From: Pseudomonadota bacterium
GTDB lineage: Bacteria; UBA10199; 2-02-FULL-44-16; JAAZCA01
Length of the DNA: 35,765 bases
NCBI GenBank assembly: GCA_043798915.1
Contig: JAZDOG010000084.1
Coordinates: forward strand, 1-35,765
Direction of reading: 5' to 3'
Shown: in pieces, positions 24,690 through 35,300 of the stretch
How the letters are laid out: every line of letters starts with the position of its first letter
Numbering within the stretch: the stretch's first letter is position 1
Translations under genes and position numbers: made by a program
The notes under the pieces: model-generated
What the model was told of the DNA's origin: nothing
Database searches by the model: none
Seen by the model: the letters and a program-made list of their open reading frames with translations, nothing else

Positions 24690-27600
24690 TTACCTCAGCT
24701 TGAACCTCAGGGTGCCGCTGATCTTATAGCTGGCGTCGCTGGAGCGCTGGCCGGTCACGATAAGATTGTCGGTGACCATGTATTCGCCTATGAACGTCTG
24801 GACTGCGCTCGTGGTATTGACGTCGGTCGCAAAACCCAGCGTAAGTTTGTCCGAGATCTTCTTTCCCATCGACAGGCGGGATATCCCGGCCCTCGCTGCG
24901 TTCGAAGAGGACGAGCAGGTGGAGACGCTCATGGCGCATCCTGTGTCGGCCGCCTCCATCCTGAATGTGTCCAGATGCGTGAATTTGAGGACCGGCTGCT
25001 CGATCACGCCGGTCACCGCCTGTCCCACCACCGACGCCGCGACCGTGCCGCCGGCCTGCTGCGCCGCTGCGGTGCGCTCCAGCTCGGTAGCCCCGAACAT
25101 CATGAGCGATACGACGTCGCGCTTCTCGAGCGACCCCGTCGGCGACGTGGCCGAGAGGTCGAGCGCCAGGTTGTCCGTTGGCCCGTGCAGGACGAGGTTC
25201 ACGCTGTAGACGTTGATGTCCTTCTGCGCGTAGACCTCGAGATACGGGACCCCATAGCGCTCGCGGAATTCGACGAACCCCTTTGTGATGTCGAACGATA
25301 TGCCGAGATAATGGATGCTCCCCTCCGTCGTGTCGATCGACCCCGAGACGATCGGCGCCTTCCGCGTCCCTTTCACGTCGGCGTTCACGTTGAGCCAGAT
25401 GTCGCCCACGTTGTTGCGGATCGCAAAATCGCCGCTGTTGCGCACGTGCAGGTCGAGCCTGGGATCGAACGTTGTCTCGGGCTCCCTGGGGGTCGCCCTC
25501 CCCTTGAATTTACCCCTGGAGATCGCCTCCAGAATCGTAAAATCCTTCGTGTATTTAGCGTCGAGGATCGTCATCTCCCCTTTGAGGAGCGGATTCGGAA
25601 ACGCGCCGGCGAGCGCGAGCGTCCCGTCGAACTCTATCCTCAGCGTGCCGTCCACGCTGCGGTAGTTCATCTCGCTCCCGGCGAGTTTCAAGTCCACCGA
25701 GGTCGGTTCGAAACCCCTGTGGTCGATGTGGCCGGAGAGCTTCAAGTCCCCGCCGTCGGTGGTCGCGGAGACACCTTCGAAGGAGATACTGTCCCCGTCA
25801 AATTTGAGCGCGCCCTTCACGTCCTCGAGCGCAAGCGCCGCGCCTCGCGGCGAGAGCGTGTTGTCGTGGAAGGTCACCAGGCCGTAGAGCCTCGGGTCGG
25901 AGGATGTGCCGCGCACCGCGACGTTCACATCGACCGGGCCTGAGGCGGTCCTGACGAGCGAGGCGACGTTGGCCGCCAGCCCCAAGTCCACCGTCCCGCC
26001 GACCTTCATGTCGATGGCGCCGCCGGAGACCATGCTCCCTGAAGCAGCGAGCTTGTCCCCCGGGCGGTTCGGGTCGTCCCATGAAACGTTTTGAAAAAGC
26101 CACCTGCTGTCCGCATAGCGATATGTCGTATCCAGGGAGAGACCTGCCAGCGGAGTGCCGCGCAGCCTGAACCTCCCCTCCTCTATGTCGCCCAGGAGCT
26201 GGCCCGTGATCGACGGCTCCGGGATATTGGGAAGCTTGAGCTTCATGTCCGAGAATACGACCCGCCGGCGCGCGAGGGCGATCTTCGTCGAGGCCAGATC
26301 GAAGGGGATGGAGTGCCACTTCCCGTTCTCGATCGTCGCCTCGACATCCCCCTTGAACGCGGTGGTTGGGCCCGCGATGCGCAAGCGCCCGCGGCCCACC
26401 CCGGCATCGACGCCATATGCAGCGAGCGAAGCCGCCGCCGGATGACCCGAGAGCTCCCCGCTGAAATCGATGTCCTTTCGCCTTATGCCGTCTGCTCCCC
26501 TGGCTCCGAACTTGATCATGAGCGACGATTTCCCGGTCTGCGTGTTTCCGGAAAAGATGCGGCCGTCGAGCTTCAAATAATCGTATGTGGCGGTGAACTC
26601 CGTCTCCGCGCGCTCGGCGGTGATCGGTTTCCATCCTCCGCCGTGCGTGGTGCCGGCAACCTTCGCCATGAATTTCTTTCCCCACCCCTCGAACGAACCC
26701 TTGAAATCGGTTGGCCCGAATATTTTGGCGAGGTGAGGATTGCTGAACTTGTCGAAGACGCTCTCGACAGGGAAGCGGCTCCCCTCCGCCTCGAGCTTCA
26801 CCGCCTTGTGCGCGAAGTCTATCGTCCCATGGGCGCGAGCCTCGTCCTTCCCGGCGCGGATGGTTGCGGCGGCTATCTTCGCCTGACCTCCGGCGATATC
26901 CACGTCGGAGCTGATCGACACGGGGGCGTCCGGCGAGGCCTTGAAGCGATACGTCACATCCACGTGCCCGCGCGCCGCGACCAAAAGCGGCAGAAATCCC
27001 TTGCCCTCGAGCTTTATTTTTCCCGACACCTCGCCTGCCGTGTTCATGGTGTCGAGCGGCCGTCCGATATACGGGAGCGAGATCGGCTTGGGGATGTCGA
27101 GCGCGAGATCGAATGCCTGATCGGATGCGTCGGCGGTGAGCGAACCTGAGAGCTGCCTCCCTCCCATGACGATGGAGATATCCTTGAGCGCGAGTTTGCC
27201 GTCATCCAGGGAGAGACCTCCGCCCAGCTCTTCGGCGGAGAGTCCCTCGAAGGCCGCGTCGGTCAGCTTCAAGTCTCCATCGAGGGCGTTCATATACGGA
27301 AAATTCTCGCCCCACTGCGAAAACTCCGTCGAAGACTTGAGCGTCGCCGCCCCGGCCGATGCCATCTGCGCGCCGTCCTTCGTGAGGGAAAGTCCGTTGA
27401 TGCGGAGGTTCAAGCCGGTCCTCCCGAGGAAGCGCGGCTCAAACGCGACCCTCGTCTCGTCGACGGCGAGCGAAAAATCCTCTCCGAAAGAAATCGCCAC
27501 GTCGCTGATCCTGGAATTATGCAGCTCGAGATTGTTGAGGAGGACGAGCTTCGCGATATTGAGCCTCTTGCGCTCGCGGATTTTCTCGCGTTCGCCCTGC

Positions 27601-27953
27601 GGCGCGATGGCGCCGCCCACGCCGCCTATCGACAGATCGTCTATGACAAGCCTGCCGCGCAAAAGCCCCAGCGGCTTGTAGGAGATGTGGACGCGGTCGA
27701 CCGAGAGGCTTTTCCCCCTGGCTTCGGAGACAGCCTTGATTCCGCTCAAGTCTATCTCGCTTACTACCGGCCTCCACTTGAAGGAGCCCACATCGATCTG
27801 CCATTCGCTCCCCAGCGTGGCGATCGCTATCGCATGGCGAAGCGTTTCCGGGCGGTTCACGATCCAGCCGGCCGCGGAGATGAAACCCGCGCCGATCGCG
27901 CCGATCGCGATCAATATCCTGATGATCCTGAACCCGCGGCGCTTCACTCTCAT
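24690..27953 (-). CDS. tamB: Translocation and assembly module TamB-family protein
   Basis: N-terminal TM anchor, long beta-rich body, repeated G....P.L.G motifs, and a DUF490-like C-terminus (LSMGKKISDKL). Upstream of an Omp85 gene. Confidence 0.8.
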   Translation of the reverse strand: MRVKRRGFRIIRILIAIGAIGAGFISAAGWIVNRPETLRHAIAIATLGSEWQIDVGSFKWRPVVSEIDLSGIKAVSEARGKSLSVDRVHISYKPLGLLRGRLVIDDLSIGGVGGAIAPQGEREKIRERKRLNIAKLVLLNNLELHNSRISDVAISFGEDFSLAVDETRVAFEPRFLGRTGLNLRINGLSLTKDGAQMASAGAATLKSSTEFSQWGENFPYMNALDGDLKLTDAAFEGLSAEELGGGLSLDDGKLALKDISIVMGGRQLSGSLTADASDQAFDLALDIPKPISLPYIGRPLDTMNTAGEVSGKIKLEGKGFLPLLVAARGHVDVTYRFKASPDAPVSISSDVDIAGGQAKIAAATIRAGKDEARAHGTIDFAHKAVKLEAEGSRFPVESVFDKFSNPHLAKIFGPTDFKGSFEGWGKKFMAKVAGTTHGGGWKPITAERAETEFTATYDYLKLDGRIFSGNTQTGKSSLMIKFGARGADGIRRKDIDFSGELSGHPAAASLAAYGVDAGVGRGRLRIAGPTTAFKGDVEATIENGKWHSIPFDLASTKIALARRRVVFSDMKLKLPNIPEPSITGQLLGDIEEGRFRLRGTPLAGLSLDTTYRYADSRWLFQNVSWDDPNRPGDKLAASGSMVSGGAIDMKVGGTVDLGLAANVASLVRTASGPVDVNVAVRGTSSDPRLYGLVTFHDNTLSPRGAALALEDVKGALKFDGDSISFEGVSATTDGGDLKLSGHIDHRGFEPTSVDLKLAGSEMNYRSVDGTLRIEFDGTLALAGAFPNPLLKGEMTILDAKYTKDFTILEAISRGKFKGRATPREPETTFDPRLDLHVRNSGDFAIRNNVGDIWLNVNADVKGTRKAPIVSGSIDTTEGSIHYLGISFDITKGFVEFRERYGVPYLEVYAQKDINVYSVNLVLHGPTDNLALDLSATSPTGSLEKRDVVSLMMFGATELERTAAAQQAGGTVAASVVGQAVTGVIEQPVLKFTHLDTFRMEAADTGCAMSVSTCSSSSNAARAGISRLSMGKKISDKLTLGFATDVNTTSAVQTFIGEYMVTDNLIVTGQRSSDASYKISGTLRFKLR

Positions 27954-29383
27954 TTGCGCACCCCGGTTTTAGGCCCAGCCAGGCGGCGCCGGCCCAGGGC
28001 GGCGGTGAGTTTTCCGATCAGGCCATCGAAGCCGCCGTTGGACATCACCAGGATGACATCCCCGTTTGAGGCGCCCCTCGTCACGAACTCAGCGATGTGA
28101 GAGGTCTCCGGAATGTTGTGCGCGTCGACGCCCGCCTTCATGATCGCGGCGGCTACCCTCTCAGGGTCGAACCGCTCTCCGTCGGAGAGCGCCTCCGCGC
28201 GGAACGGGTCGGCCACTATGACCCGGTCGGCCAGCGCCAGGGCCCGCGCGAATTCATCCTGAAAGATGTTCCGCCGCGACGTGTTCGAGCGCGGCTCGAA
28301 TATCGCCCACAGCCGCCGGCCGGGGAAGCGCAGCCTCATCGACTCGATGGTCTTCGCGACCGCCGTCGGGTGGTGCGCAAAGTCGTCGATGACGGTCACG
28401 CCCTTGACCTCGCCAGCCATCTCCTGCCGGCGCCTCACCCCCTTGAATGCCGCCATGCCCTCGGCGATCTTCGCGGATGAGATTCCGGATTCTATCAGCA
28501 TCGCGGCAACGCCGACGGCGTTTGAAAGATTGTGCACGCCCCACATGGGGAGGAGGAGTTTGACAGAAGTCTTTTTCCCGGAGGAGGACTTAAGCTCGAA
28601 GGCGGTGCCCGCTGGCGAAGCTTCTGCGCCAGCCGGGTAATATTGGCCGGACTGGGCGCCGTAGGTGATGACACGGCATCTGGCCCGGCCCGCAATTTCC
28701 ATGACGTTTGAATCCTCCGCGTTTGCCACGAGGAGGCCGTCCGGCGGCAATATCGCGACGAGCCTCCTGAACGATTCCATTATTCCGGCGAGGTCGCGGT
28801 AGATGTCCGCGTGGTCGAACTCGATCGATGTGATCAGGAGGACCTGCGGGCGGTAGTGCAGAAACTTCGGCCCCTTGTCGAAAAAGGCGGTGTCGTATTC
28901 ATCTCCCTCGACAACGAAGAAGGGGCCCTTGCCCTCTTCAAAACCCCTGCCCAGATTCAAGCCCACGCCGCCGATGAGAAAGCCTGGGCGCTCGCCGGCG
29001 GACTCAAGGAGCCAGGCTGCAAGCGTCGATGCCGTCGTCTTGCCGTGCGTGCCCGCGATGACGAGCGGCGTCCGCCCCTTGAGGAAAAATTCCGAGAGCG
29101 CCTGCGGCATCGAACGGTATGGGACCCCGAGCCGCAGGACCTCCTGGGCCTCCGGGTTGTCGCGGCGGATGACGTTCCCTATCACCGCCAGTTCCGGCCT
29201 CGCGGCCGCTATGTTCGCTGCGCTGTATCCCTCGAACGGAACTATCTTCAGTTCCGCGAGCATGTCGCTCATAGGCGGATAGAGCTTCAAGTCCGTGCCG
29301 GTCACAGAATGGCCGGCCTCCACAAGGAGCCCCGCGAGAGACCCCATCCCCGTGCCGCCGATTCCCAAGAGGTGTATGCGCAT
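27950..29383 (-). CDS. mpl: Murein peptide ligase Mpl (MurC family)
   Basis: GIGGTGMGSLA, AGTHGKTT, EGDEYDTAFFDKGPKF, EFDHADIY, DDFAHHPTA, FEPRSNT and MSNGGFDG. Confidence 0.93.
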   Translation of the reverse strand: MRIHLLGIGGTGMGSLAGLLVEAGHSVTGTDLKLYPPMSDMLAELKIVPFEGYSAANIAAARPELAVIGNVIRRDNPEAQEVLRLGVPYRSMPQALSEFFLKGRTPLVIAGTHGKTTASTLAAWLLESAGERPGFLIGGVGLNLGRGFEEGKGPFFVVEGDEYDTAFFDKGPKFLHYRPQVLLITSIEFDHADIYRDLAGIMESFRRLVAILPPDGLLVANAEDSNVMEIAGRARCRVITYGAQSGQYYPAGAEASPAGTAFELKSSSGKKTSVKLLLPMWGVHNLSNAVGVAAMLIESGISSAKIAEGMAAFKGVRRRQEMAGEVKGVTVIDDFAHHPTAVAKTIESMRLRFPGRRLWAIFEPRSNTSRRNIFQDEFARALALADRVIVADPFRAEALSDGERFDPERVAAAIMKAGVDAHNIPETSHIAEFVTRGASNGDVILVMSNGGFDGLIGKLTAALGRRRLAGPKTGVRK

Positions 29384-29423
29384 CTGTTGTCGCTCGTCCG
29401 CAAGTTGCTGAACTGCCTTGAGT

Positions 29424-29452
29424 TTTTTAAGTTATGCAGCAGGCTAAATCAA
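29424..29452 (-). promoter_or_regulatory. Possible sigma70 promoter for the mpl-tamB operon
   Basis: TTGATT-N17-TAAAAA in an AT-rich patch downstream of a terminator. Confidence 0.3.
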
Positions 29453-29462
29453 GACATATTCG

Positions 29463-29494
29463 AAATGAAAAGGGGCGCCTTTGAGGCGCCCCTT
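29463..29494 (-). terminator. Rho-independent terminator of the ACT gene
   Basis: 11-bp stem AAGGGGCGCCT/AGGCGCCCCTT followed on the minus strand by a U-rich tract. Confidence 0.85.
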
Positions 29495-29516
29495 CTGCGT
29501 CATTTTTTTACAGATA

Positions 29517-29957
29517 CTAGAAGCGCACGCGCTTCAATACGTCGATCGTCCTGTCGGTGTCGCTCGTGTTGAATGCGACGACGCAGGTGGGCGCGCCTGC
29601 GGATGTCGTGCTGTAGGAGCAGAACGTGTTGATGTTGGCCTCCGCAAGCGCGGTGGTGGCGCCGAGCAAGTGGCCCGGCTTATTCTCTGTGTTCCAGAGG
29701 ACTACCGGGTTCTCCTGGACGTTGTAACCGGCCGTCCTGAGGACGTCGCAGGCCTTCTTGTTGTTGTCGGTCACCAGACGAAACGCAGCCTCCCCGCCCC
29801 ACTCATATCCCGTGAAACAGCTGATGTTGATGTGGTTCTTCGCGAGGGGCGTTGTGATTCTGGACAAGGCGCCCAACTCATTCTTCGTGACGATCATGAT
29901 CTCGCTCATCTTGCGTGGTGTGCCGCCTGCCGTGCCTGTCGTGTCCCTTGTTGCCAT
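29517..29957 (-). CDS. Tandem ACT-domain protein (paralog of 1572-1967)
   Basis: NELGALSRITTPLAKNHINI and NKPGHLLGATTALAEANIN. AAGGAG SD. Confidence 0.82.
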   Translation of the reverse strand: MATRDTTGTAGGTPRKMSEIMIVTKNELGALSRITTPLAKNHINISCFTGYEWGGEAAFRLVTDNNKKACDVLRTAGYNVQENPVVLWNTENKPGHLLGATTALAEANINTFCSYSTTSAGAPTCVVAFNTSDTDRTIDVLKRVRF

Positions 29958-30143
29958 ATAGTGCTCCTTTCCCTCAAAAGGTTTTTGGTTTCACCCCCCC
30001 GGAAGGGAGTGCTAAAAAGTGCAAGTTCCATAGTCCCTCCCAGCCCGGCCGTCAAGGGCATAGTGTAAAAAGAGCCAACATATAGATCAGCTTGACATAG
30101 GGCGGAGGCAGTGGACAACTGCGCCGATATGTCTCGGAATGGC

Positions 30144-31469
30144 ATGAGAAAATTCGAAATCAGGCAGGTGATCGCCGCCACCGCACTCGTCTTTGCGATA
30201 GCCCTCCCGCTTAGAGCGTTCGCCGACGAGTGGAAGCTCACGCTCGAGCAGGCGGTCAGCCGAGCGCTGGAGGAAAACCGCGACATCGCCATCGCCAGGG
30301 AGCGCCTTGAGGAGCTCGAAGGCATGAAGGGCGAGGCCCGCGCCATGGGGCTGCCGCAGGTCGCGGCCGTCGGCTCCTACCAGCGCACGTGGCGCAAGCC
30401 CCAGATGATCATCAACGGCCTGCCGTTCCGTATCGGCACGAACAACAATTTCGTAGCGGGGGGGCAGCTGAGCCAGCTGCTATGGGACGGCGGGCGCGTC
30501 TTCAAGGCCATCAAGGCAGCGAGGAGCGAGCAGGCGCGCGGGATCGAGACGATCCGCGATGCCGAAGAGCAGGTCCGCTTTCAGGTGAAGCAGACGTTTT
30601 TCCAGATCCTCTATACGGACAAGGTGATCGACGTCCTCCTGAAGGAACTCGGCCAGCTCAAGAGCCACCTCGCCTCTATCCAGACTCGCTACAGCGCCGG
30701 CCAGGACAGCGACTACACTCTCATGCGCCAGCAGGTGGAGGTCGCCAACATCGAGCCGCAGCTCATCGATGCCCGGCGCACGCGCGAGTTGCTCGTGGGC
30801 GGAATCAAGATTTTGATGGCTATTCCGCCTGCCGACGGGTTCGTTCCGACGGGCGGATTCGATTACCACGCGAAGAATCTTCCGGCCCAGGAGGAACTCA
30901 TCGGAAAGGCGCAGACCGAACGTCCCGACTTAAACGCCGAGCGGCTGCGGGTCAAATCCCTCGAACAGAACGTGGGCGTCGAGAAGGCCGGGTGGTGGCC
31001 GCAGCTCTCTTTCTCCACCTCCTGGCAGTGGCAGGGATATTCCGATGACCTAAACGTCACCGCCAACGAGCGGACCGATTCGTTCACGAGCGGGGTCGCG
31101 ATGACCTGGCCGATCTTCGACGGCTTGAAGACCGCCTCGCGCGTGAAGCAGGCGCGGGCCAGGCTCATGCAGCAGTCTTATCTCGCGTCGCAGAAGCAGG
31201 ACGAGGTGGCGCGCGAGGCGCAGGACGCCCGCGAGACGCTCCTCAGAGCCCGCGAGACGCTGCAGAGCCAGCTCAAATCATTCCAGCTCGCTCGCAGAGC
31301 CACGGCGATAGCCAGCGAGCGCTTCGAGTCCGGGCTCATGAGCCAGCTGGAACTCAACGATACGATCACGTCGCAGGCGCGATCCGAACAGCTCTACCTG
31401 CAGGCGACCTATGACTGCCTGACCGCGGAGGCGGCTCTCGAAAAAGCGGTGGGAGGAGAAATTAAATGA
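30144..31469 (+). CDS. TolC-family outer-membrane efflux protein
   Basis: Signal peptide, LTLEQAVSRALEEN, two OEP repeats (LWDGG; WPIFDG) and ERFESGL. Start uncertain. Confidence 0.92.
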   Translation: MRKFEIRQVIAATALVFAIALPLRAFADEWKLTLEQAVSRALEENRDIAIARERLEELEGMKGEARAMGLPQVAAVGSYQRTWRKPQMIINGLPFRIGTNNNFVAGGQLSQLLWDGGRVFKAIKAARSEQARGIETIRDAEEQVRFQVKQTFFQILYTDKVIDVLLKELGQLKSHLASIQTRYSAGQDSDYTLMRQQVEVANIEPQLIDARRTRELLVGGIKILMAIPPADGFVPTGGFDYHAKNLPAQEELIGKAQTERPDLNAERLRVKSLEQNVGVEKAGWWPQLSFSTSWQWQGYSDDLNVTANERTDSFTSGVAMTWPIFDGLKTASRVKQARARLMQQSYLASQKQDEVAREAQDARETLLRARETLQSQLKSFQLARRATAIASERFESGLMSQLELNDTITSQARSEQLYLQATYDCLTAEAALEKAVGGEIK

Positions 31470-32395
31470 GAACAAAGACATTCAGCATGACGGCGGCGCT
31501 CATGGCCGCCACGATGCTCCCCATCGTTGGCGCGGTGTCCTGCAGCGGCCGTGGCAAGGCGCCGCCCGCGCCGCAGGAGGTGGGCAGCTCAGACATCACG
31601 AGAGGGACGATCGAGCGCACAGTCTTATTCACCGGCAACATCGTTGCCCAGGATGCGGTCAACGTCTATGCACGTGGCAGCGGCAAGGTGACAAAAAAGC
31701 TGCTCAAGGAAGGGGATCGGGTCAAGCGCGGTCAGGGGATTCTCATCGTCGACCGGGATGAGGTCGGGTACACCTTCCGGCCCCTGGAGGTCGACTCCCC
31801 GATCGACGGCTTCGTGGGAACGATCAACGTCGACGTCGGAGCCTATGTCTACGATCGCAGCATCGCCGGACAGCAGCTGCCGGTCGCGGTGGTCGTCCGC
31901 CCTGGCGCGATGCGCGTCAAGCTCGACATCCCCGAGCGCTACCTCGAGGCCATCCGGCCAGGCGCGCCGGTGACGATGATCGTCGACACTCTGGGGGGCG
32001 CCGAATACCGCGGGACGATCGTCACAGAGAGCCCGGTCGTCAACGAGAAGACGCGTACGGCGAACGTGGAGGTGGAGATTCCCAACACCGACGGGAGGCT
32101 GCGCCACGGGATGTTCGGGCGCATGAAGCTCGCCGTCGAGCATCGTGACGGCGTCCTCATCGCGCCGATCGCCGCGGTCTCGTGGGAGGGGGAGAAGACG
32201 ATCGTCTACCGGATTGCCGACGGGAAGGTCCACCGCATCGAAGTGAAACCTGGTTTGCGCAACACGGTGAACGTCGAGATCCTCGAGGGACTCGCCGAGG
32301 GGGACCGGGTCGCCACCGGCCGGCTGATCGACCTGGAGGAGGGCGAGGTCGTGAACGTCAGGGCGGAGAATAAAACGGGGGCCAGCGCACAGTGA
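31466..32395 (+). CDS. RND efflux periplasmic adaptor subunit
   Basis: Lipobox-like AVSC, EGDRVKRGQ, SPIDG, TRT..VEVEIPN..GRLRHGMF and GLAEGDRV. Confidence 0.92.
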   Translation: MRTKTFSMTAALMAATMLPIVGAVSCSGRGKAPPAPQEVGSSDITRGTIERTVLFTGNIVAQDAVNVYARGSGKVTKKLLKEGDRVKRGQGILIVDRDEVGYTFRPLEVDSPIDGFVGTINVDVGAYVYDRSIAGQQLPVAVVVRPGAMRVKLDIPERYLEAIRPGAPVTMIVDTLGGAEYRGTIVTESPVVNEKTRTANVEVEIPNTDGRLRHGMFGRMKLAVEHRDGVLIAPIAAVSWEGEKTIVYRIADGKVHRIEVKPGLRNTVNVEILEGLAEGDRVATGRLIDLEEGEVVNVRAENKTGASAQ

Positions 32396-35300
32396 AAGCG
32401 GTCGACACATTTATCCGGCGGCCCGTCTTCGCCACCACGATCATCCTCACGATGGTGGTGCTGGGCATCTTCTCGTTTATGCGCCTGGGCGTGGACATCA
32501 TGCCCAAGGTGGATTTCCCCATCATCATCGTCACCACCGAGCTCCTGGGCGCAAGCCCCGAGGAGGTGGAGACCGAGATCAGCAAGCGGATCGAGGAATC
32601 GGTAAACACGATCGCCGGCCTCGACGAAATCCAGTCCTTCTCCTACGAGGGGCGCTCGCAGGTCGTGGCTCAGTTCGTCCTCGAGAAGAACTCGGACGTC
32701 GCCGCTCAGGAGGTGCGCGACCGCGTCAATCGCGTCATCAACGACTTTCCTGAGGGTACGAAGCAGCCTGTCATCGAAAAATTCGACATCGCCGGCGCCC
32801 CCATTGTGCAGGTGGTGGTGAGCGGAACGCTCCCGATGCGGGATCTGACGCGCATCACGCGCAAGAGGGTGAAAGAGATACTCGAGACTGTCAATGGCAT
32901 CGGCGACATCCGGATGATCGGGAGCCGCGAGCGCGAGATCCACATCCAGGTCGACCCGGCGAGACTCGCAGCGCACGACTTCTCCATCTTCGATGTCGAG
33001 ACGGCGCTGCAGAAGAACAACGTAGAGCTGCCGGGCGGCTACCTCACCGAGGAGCCGCGCGAGATCACAGTGCGCACGATGGGGAAGATCGTCGATGCCG
33101 CCGACTTCGGCGCGATCCCGGTCCAGGTCTATGGCAGTACGCCGGTGCTGGTCCGCGACATCGCGACGGTGGAGGACACCGACGAGGTGGTGCGCTCCTT
33201 CTCGCGGCTCAACGGCGAACCCTGCATCAACCTCTCAATCCGCAAACAGTCCGACGCCAATACGGTGGAGGTTGCCAAGCTCATCGGGGAGAAGGTGGGG
33301 GAAATCGCGAAGACCCTTCCGCCCGGGGTGAAGATCCAGATCATCCAGGACCAGTCGCTGTTTATCCTTTCGGCAGTCCATTCCCTCGAGGAGGACCTGA
33401 TCCTCGGAGCGATCCTCGTGGCGCTGACCGTCTTCATCTTCATCCGTAGCACGCGCGGCATGCTCATCTGCGCAATCTCCATCCCGGTCTCTCTCATCTC
33501 GACGTTCACGCTCATGAAGGCGATGGGTTTCACGCTCAACAACCTGACGCTCCTCGCGCTCACGCTCGCCAACGGCATCGTGATCGACGATGCGATCATC
33601 GTCTTCGAAAATATCTTCCGGCATCTGGAGGAGAAGCGGGAGGGGGCCAGGATGGCGGCCTCCACGGGCCTGGACGAGATCTCGATGGCGGTCGTCTCCA
33701 CGACGCTCTCGCTGCTCGTCATCTTCGTGCCGCTCGCGTTCATGCAGGGGATCGTTGGCCGCTTTATGCTGAGCTTCGGCCTCACGATGGCCTTTGCTAT
33801 CGGCATCTCGCTCATCGTCGCCTTCGTCCAGACGCCTATGCTCTGCTCTCGCTTCCTCAAGATCGGCCACGAGGCCGGCCACACCTCGCGCGATACGTTC
33901 CTCAATCGCCTCCTCGACCGCGCCTATACGCGCGGGCTCAAATGGGTGCTCTCCCACCGCAAGGCCTCTGTCGCTTTCGCCGCCGTCATCATGCTCTCCT
34001 CTGTGCCGGCGGTGATCCTCGTCGGAAAGGATTTCTACCCGCAGGACGACCGAAGCGAATTCAATATCCACGTCAAGGCGCCCGAGGGAACATCGATAGC
34101 CGAGATGGACGAGATCGTGGAAGGCCTCGAGGAGCGCCTGCGCTCGACGCACGGCGTGGTCGACATCCTTCCCGCCATCGGCGGCGGAGACAGCCGCAAG
34201 GTGAACGAGGGCGATATCTTCGTGAAACTCGTCGACCTCAAGAAGCGCAACTTCACTCAGTTCGACGTGATGAACGAGGCCCGCGCTTTTCTGAAGGAGT
34301 ATCCCTCGCTGCGCGCCTCCGTCCAGTCGGTCGGCGGCCCGGGCGGCGGCGAGGCGATGTTCCAGATGCGGCTCACCGGCCCGTCTCTCGAGAAACTCAA
34401 GGAATACGCCGACCGGATCACGTCGCAGATGCGGGCGAAGACCGGATTCGTCGACGTCGACACCTCGCTCGTATTCGGCAAGCCCGAGCTGCGCGTCAAC
34501 CTCGACCGTCAGCGGGCAGCGGACCTTGGCGTCACCGCCTATGACGTCGCGCGCACGCTCCAGCTTCTCGTCTCCGGCGATGCCGATATCACGAAATTCA
34601 AGGTGGACGACGAGCTCTACGAGGTGCGCATCCGGCTGCTCGACGCATATCGCAGCCACCCGGGAGACGTCCGCCAGCTGCCGATCCCGGCTACGAAGGA
34701 GCACATGCCGAAGGCTCCCATCCGCCTCGATCAGATCGCTGATTTCGAGGAGACGGTGGGGCCGTCGCAGATCGACCGCTATATGCGCGAGCGCTCGATC
34801 GAAGTGGATGCGAACCTCGACGGCCTGCCCACCGGCAAGGCTCAAGCCTTCGTGCTCGATGCGGCAGCCGGAGACGGTATGGAGCCGGGCTACAGGTTCC
34901 AGTCGGTGGGCCACGCCAAGTACATGAAGGAGATGATGACGAATTTCACCCTGGCGTTCGTCCTCTCTATCATCTTCATGTACATGATTCTCGCCGCGCT
35001 CTTCGAGAGCTGGGTGCATCCGGTCACGATCCTCTTCTCGCTGCCGATGGCCTTCCCCTTCGCGATCCTCTCGCTGCTCATCACCGGAAAGACGCTCCAC
35101 ATCATCTCGATCCTCGGCCTCTTCCTCCTCATCGGCATCGTGAAGAAGAACGCGATTCTGCAGGTGGACTACACGAACACCCTGCGCAAGCGCGGGATGG
35201 CGCGGGCCGAGGCGCTCATCGAAGCCTCGCGTACGAGGCTCCGCCCGATCCTCATGACGACCTCGGTCCTCATCGTCAGCATGATTCCGGTCGCGCTTTC

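Noticed and set aside
29988..30015. Complete CIRCE (HrcA) operator
   Set aside because: Only one half-site is perfect; the other matches poorly at the wrong spacing, and no chaperone gene is adjacent.
30123..30130. Second sigma28 promoter (GCCGATAT) before tolC
   Set aside because: No -35 match at the right spacing; a TTGACA at 30092-30097 suggests sigma70 instead.
405..35138. Long antisense or alternate-frame ORFs (e.g. 405-1508, 3882-4871, 20662-22254, 24681-25943, 33235-35100)
   Set aside because: They shadow well-supported genes, show no recognisable motifs, and are expected in GC-rich DNA.
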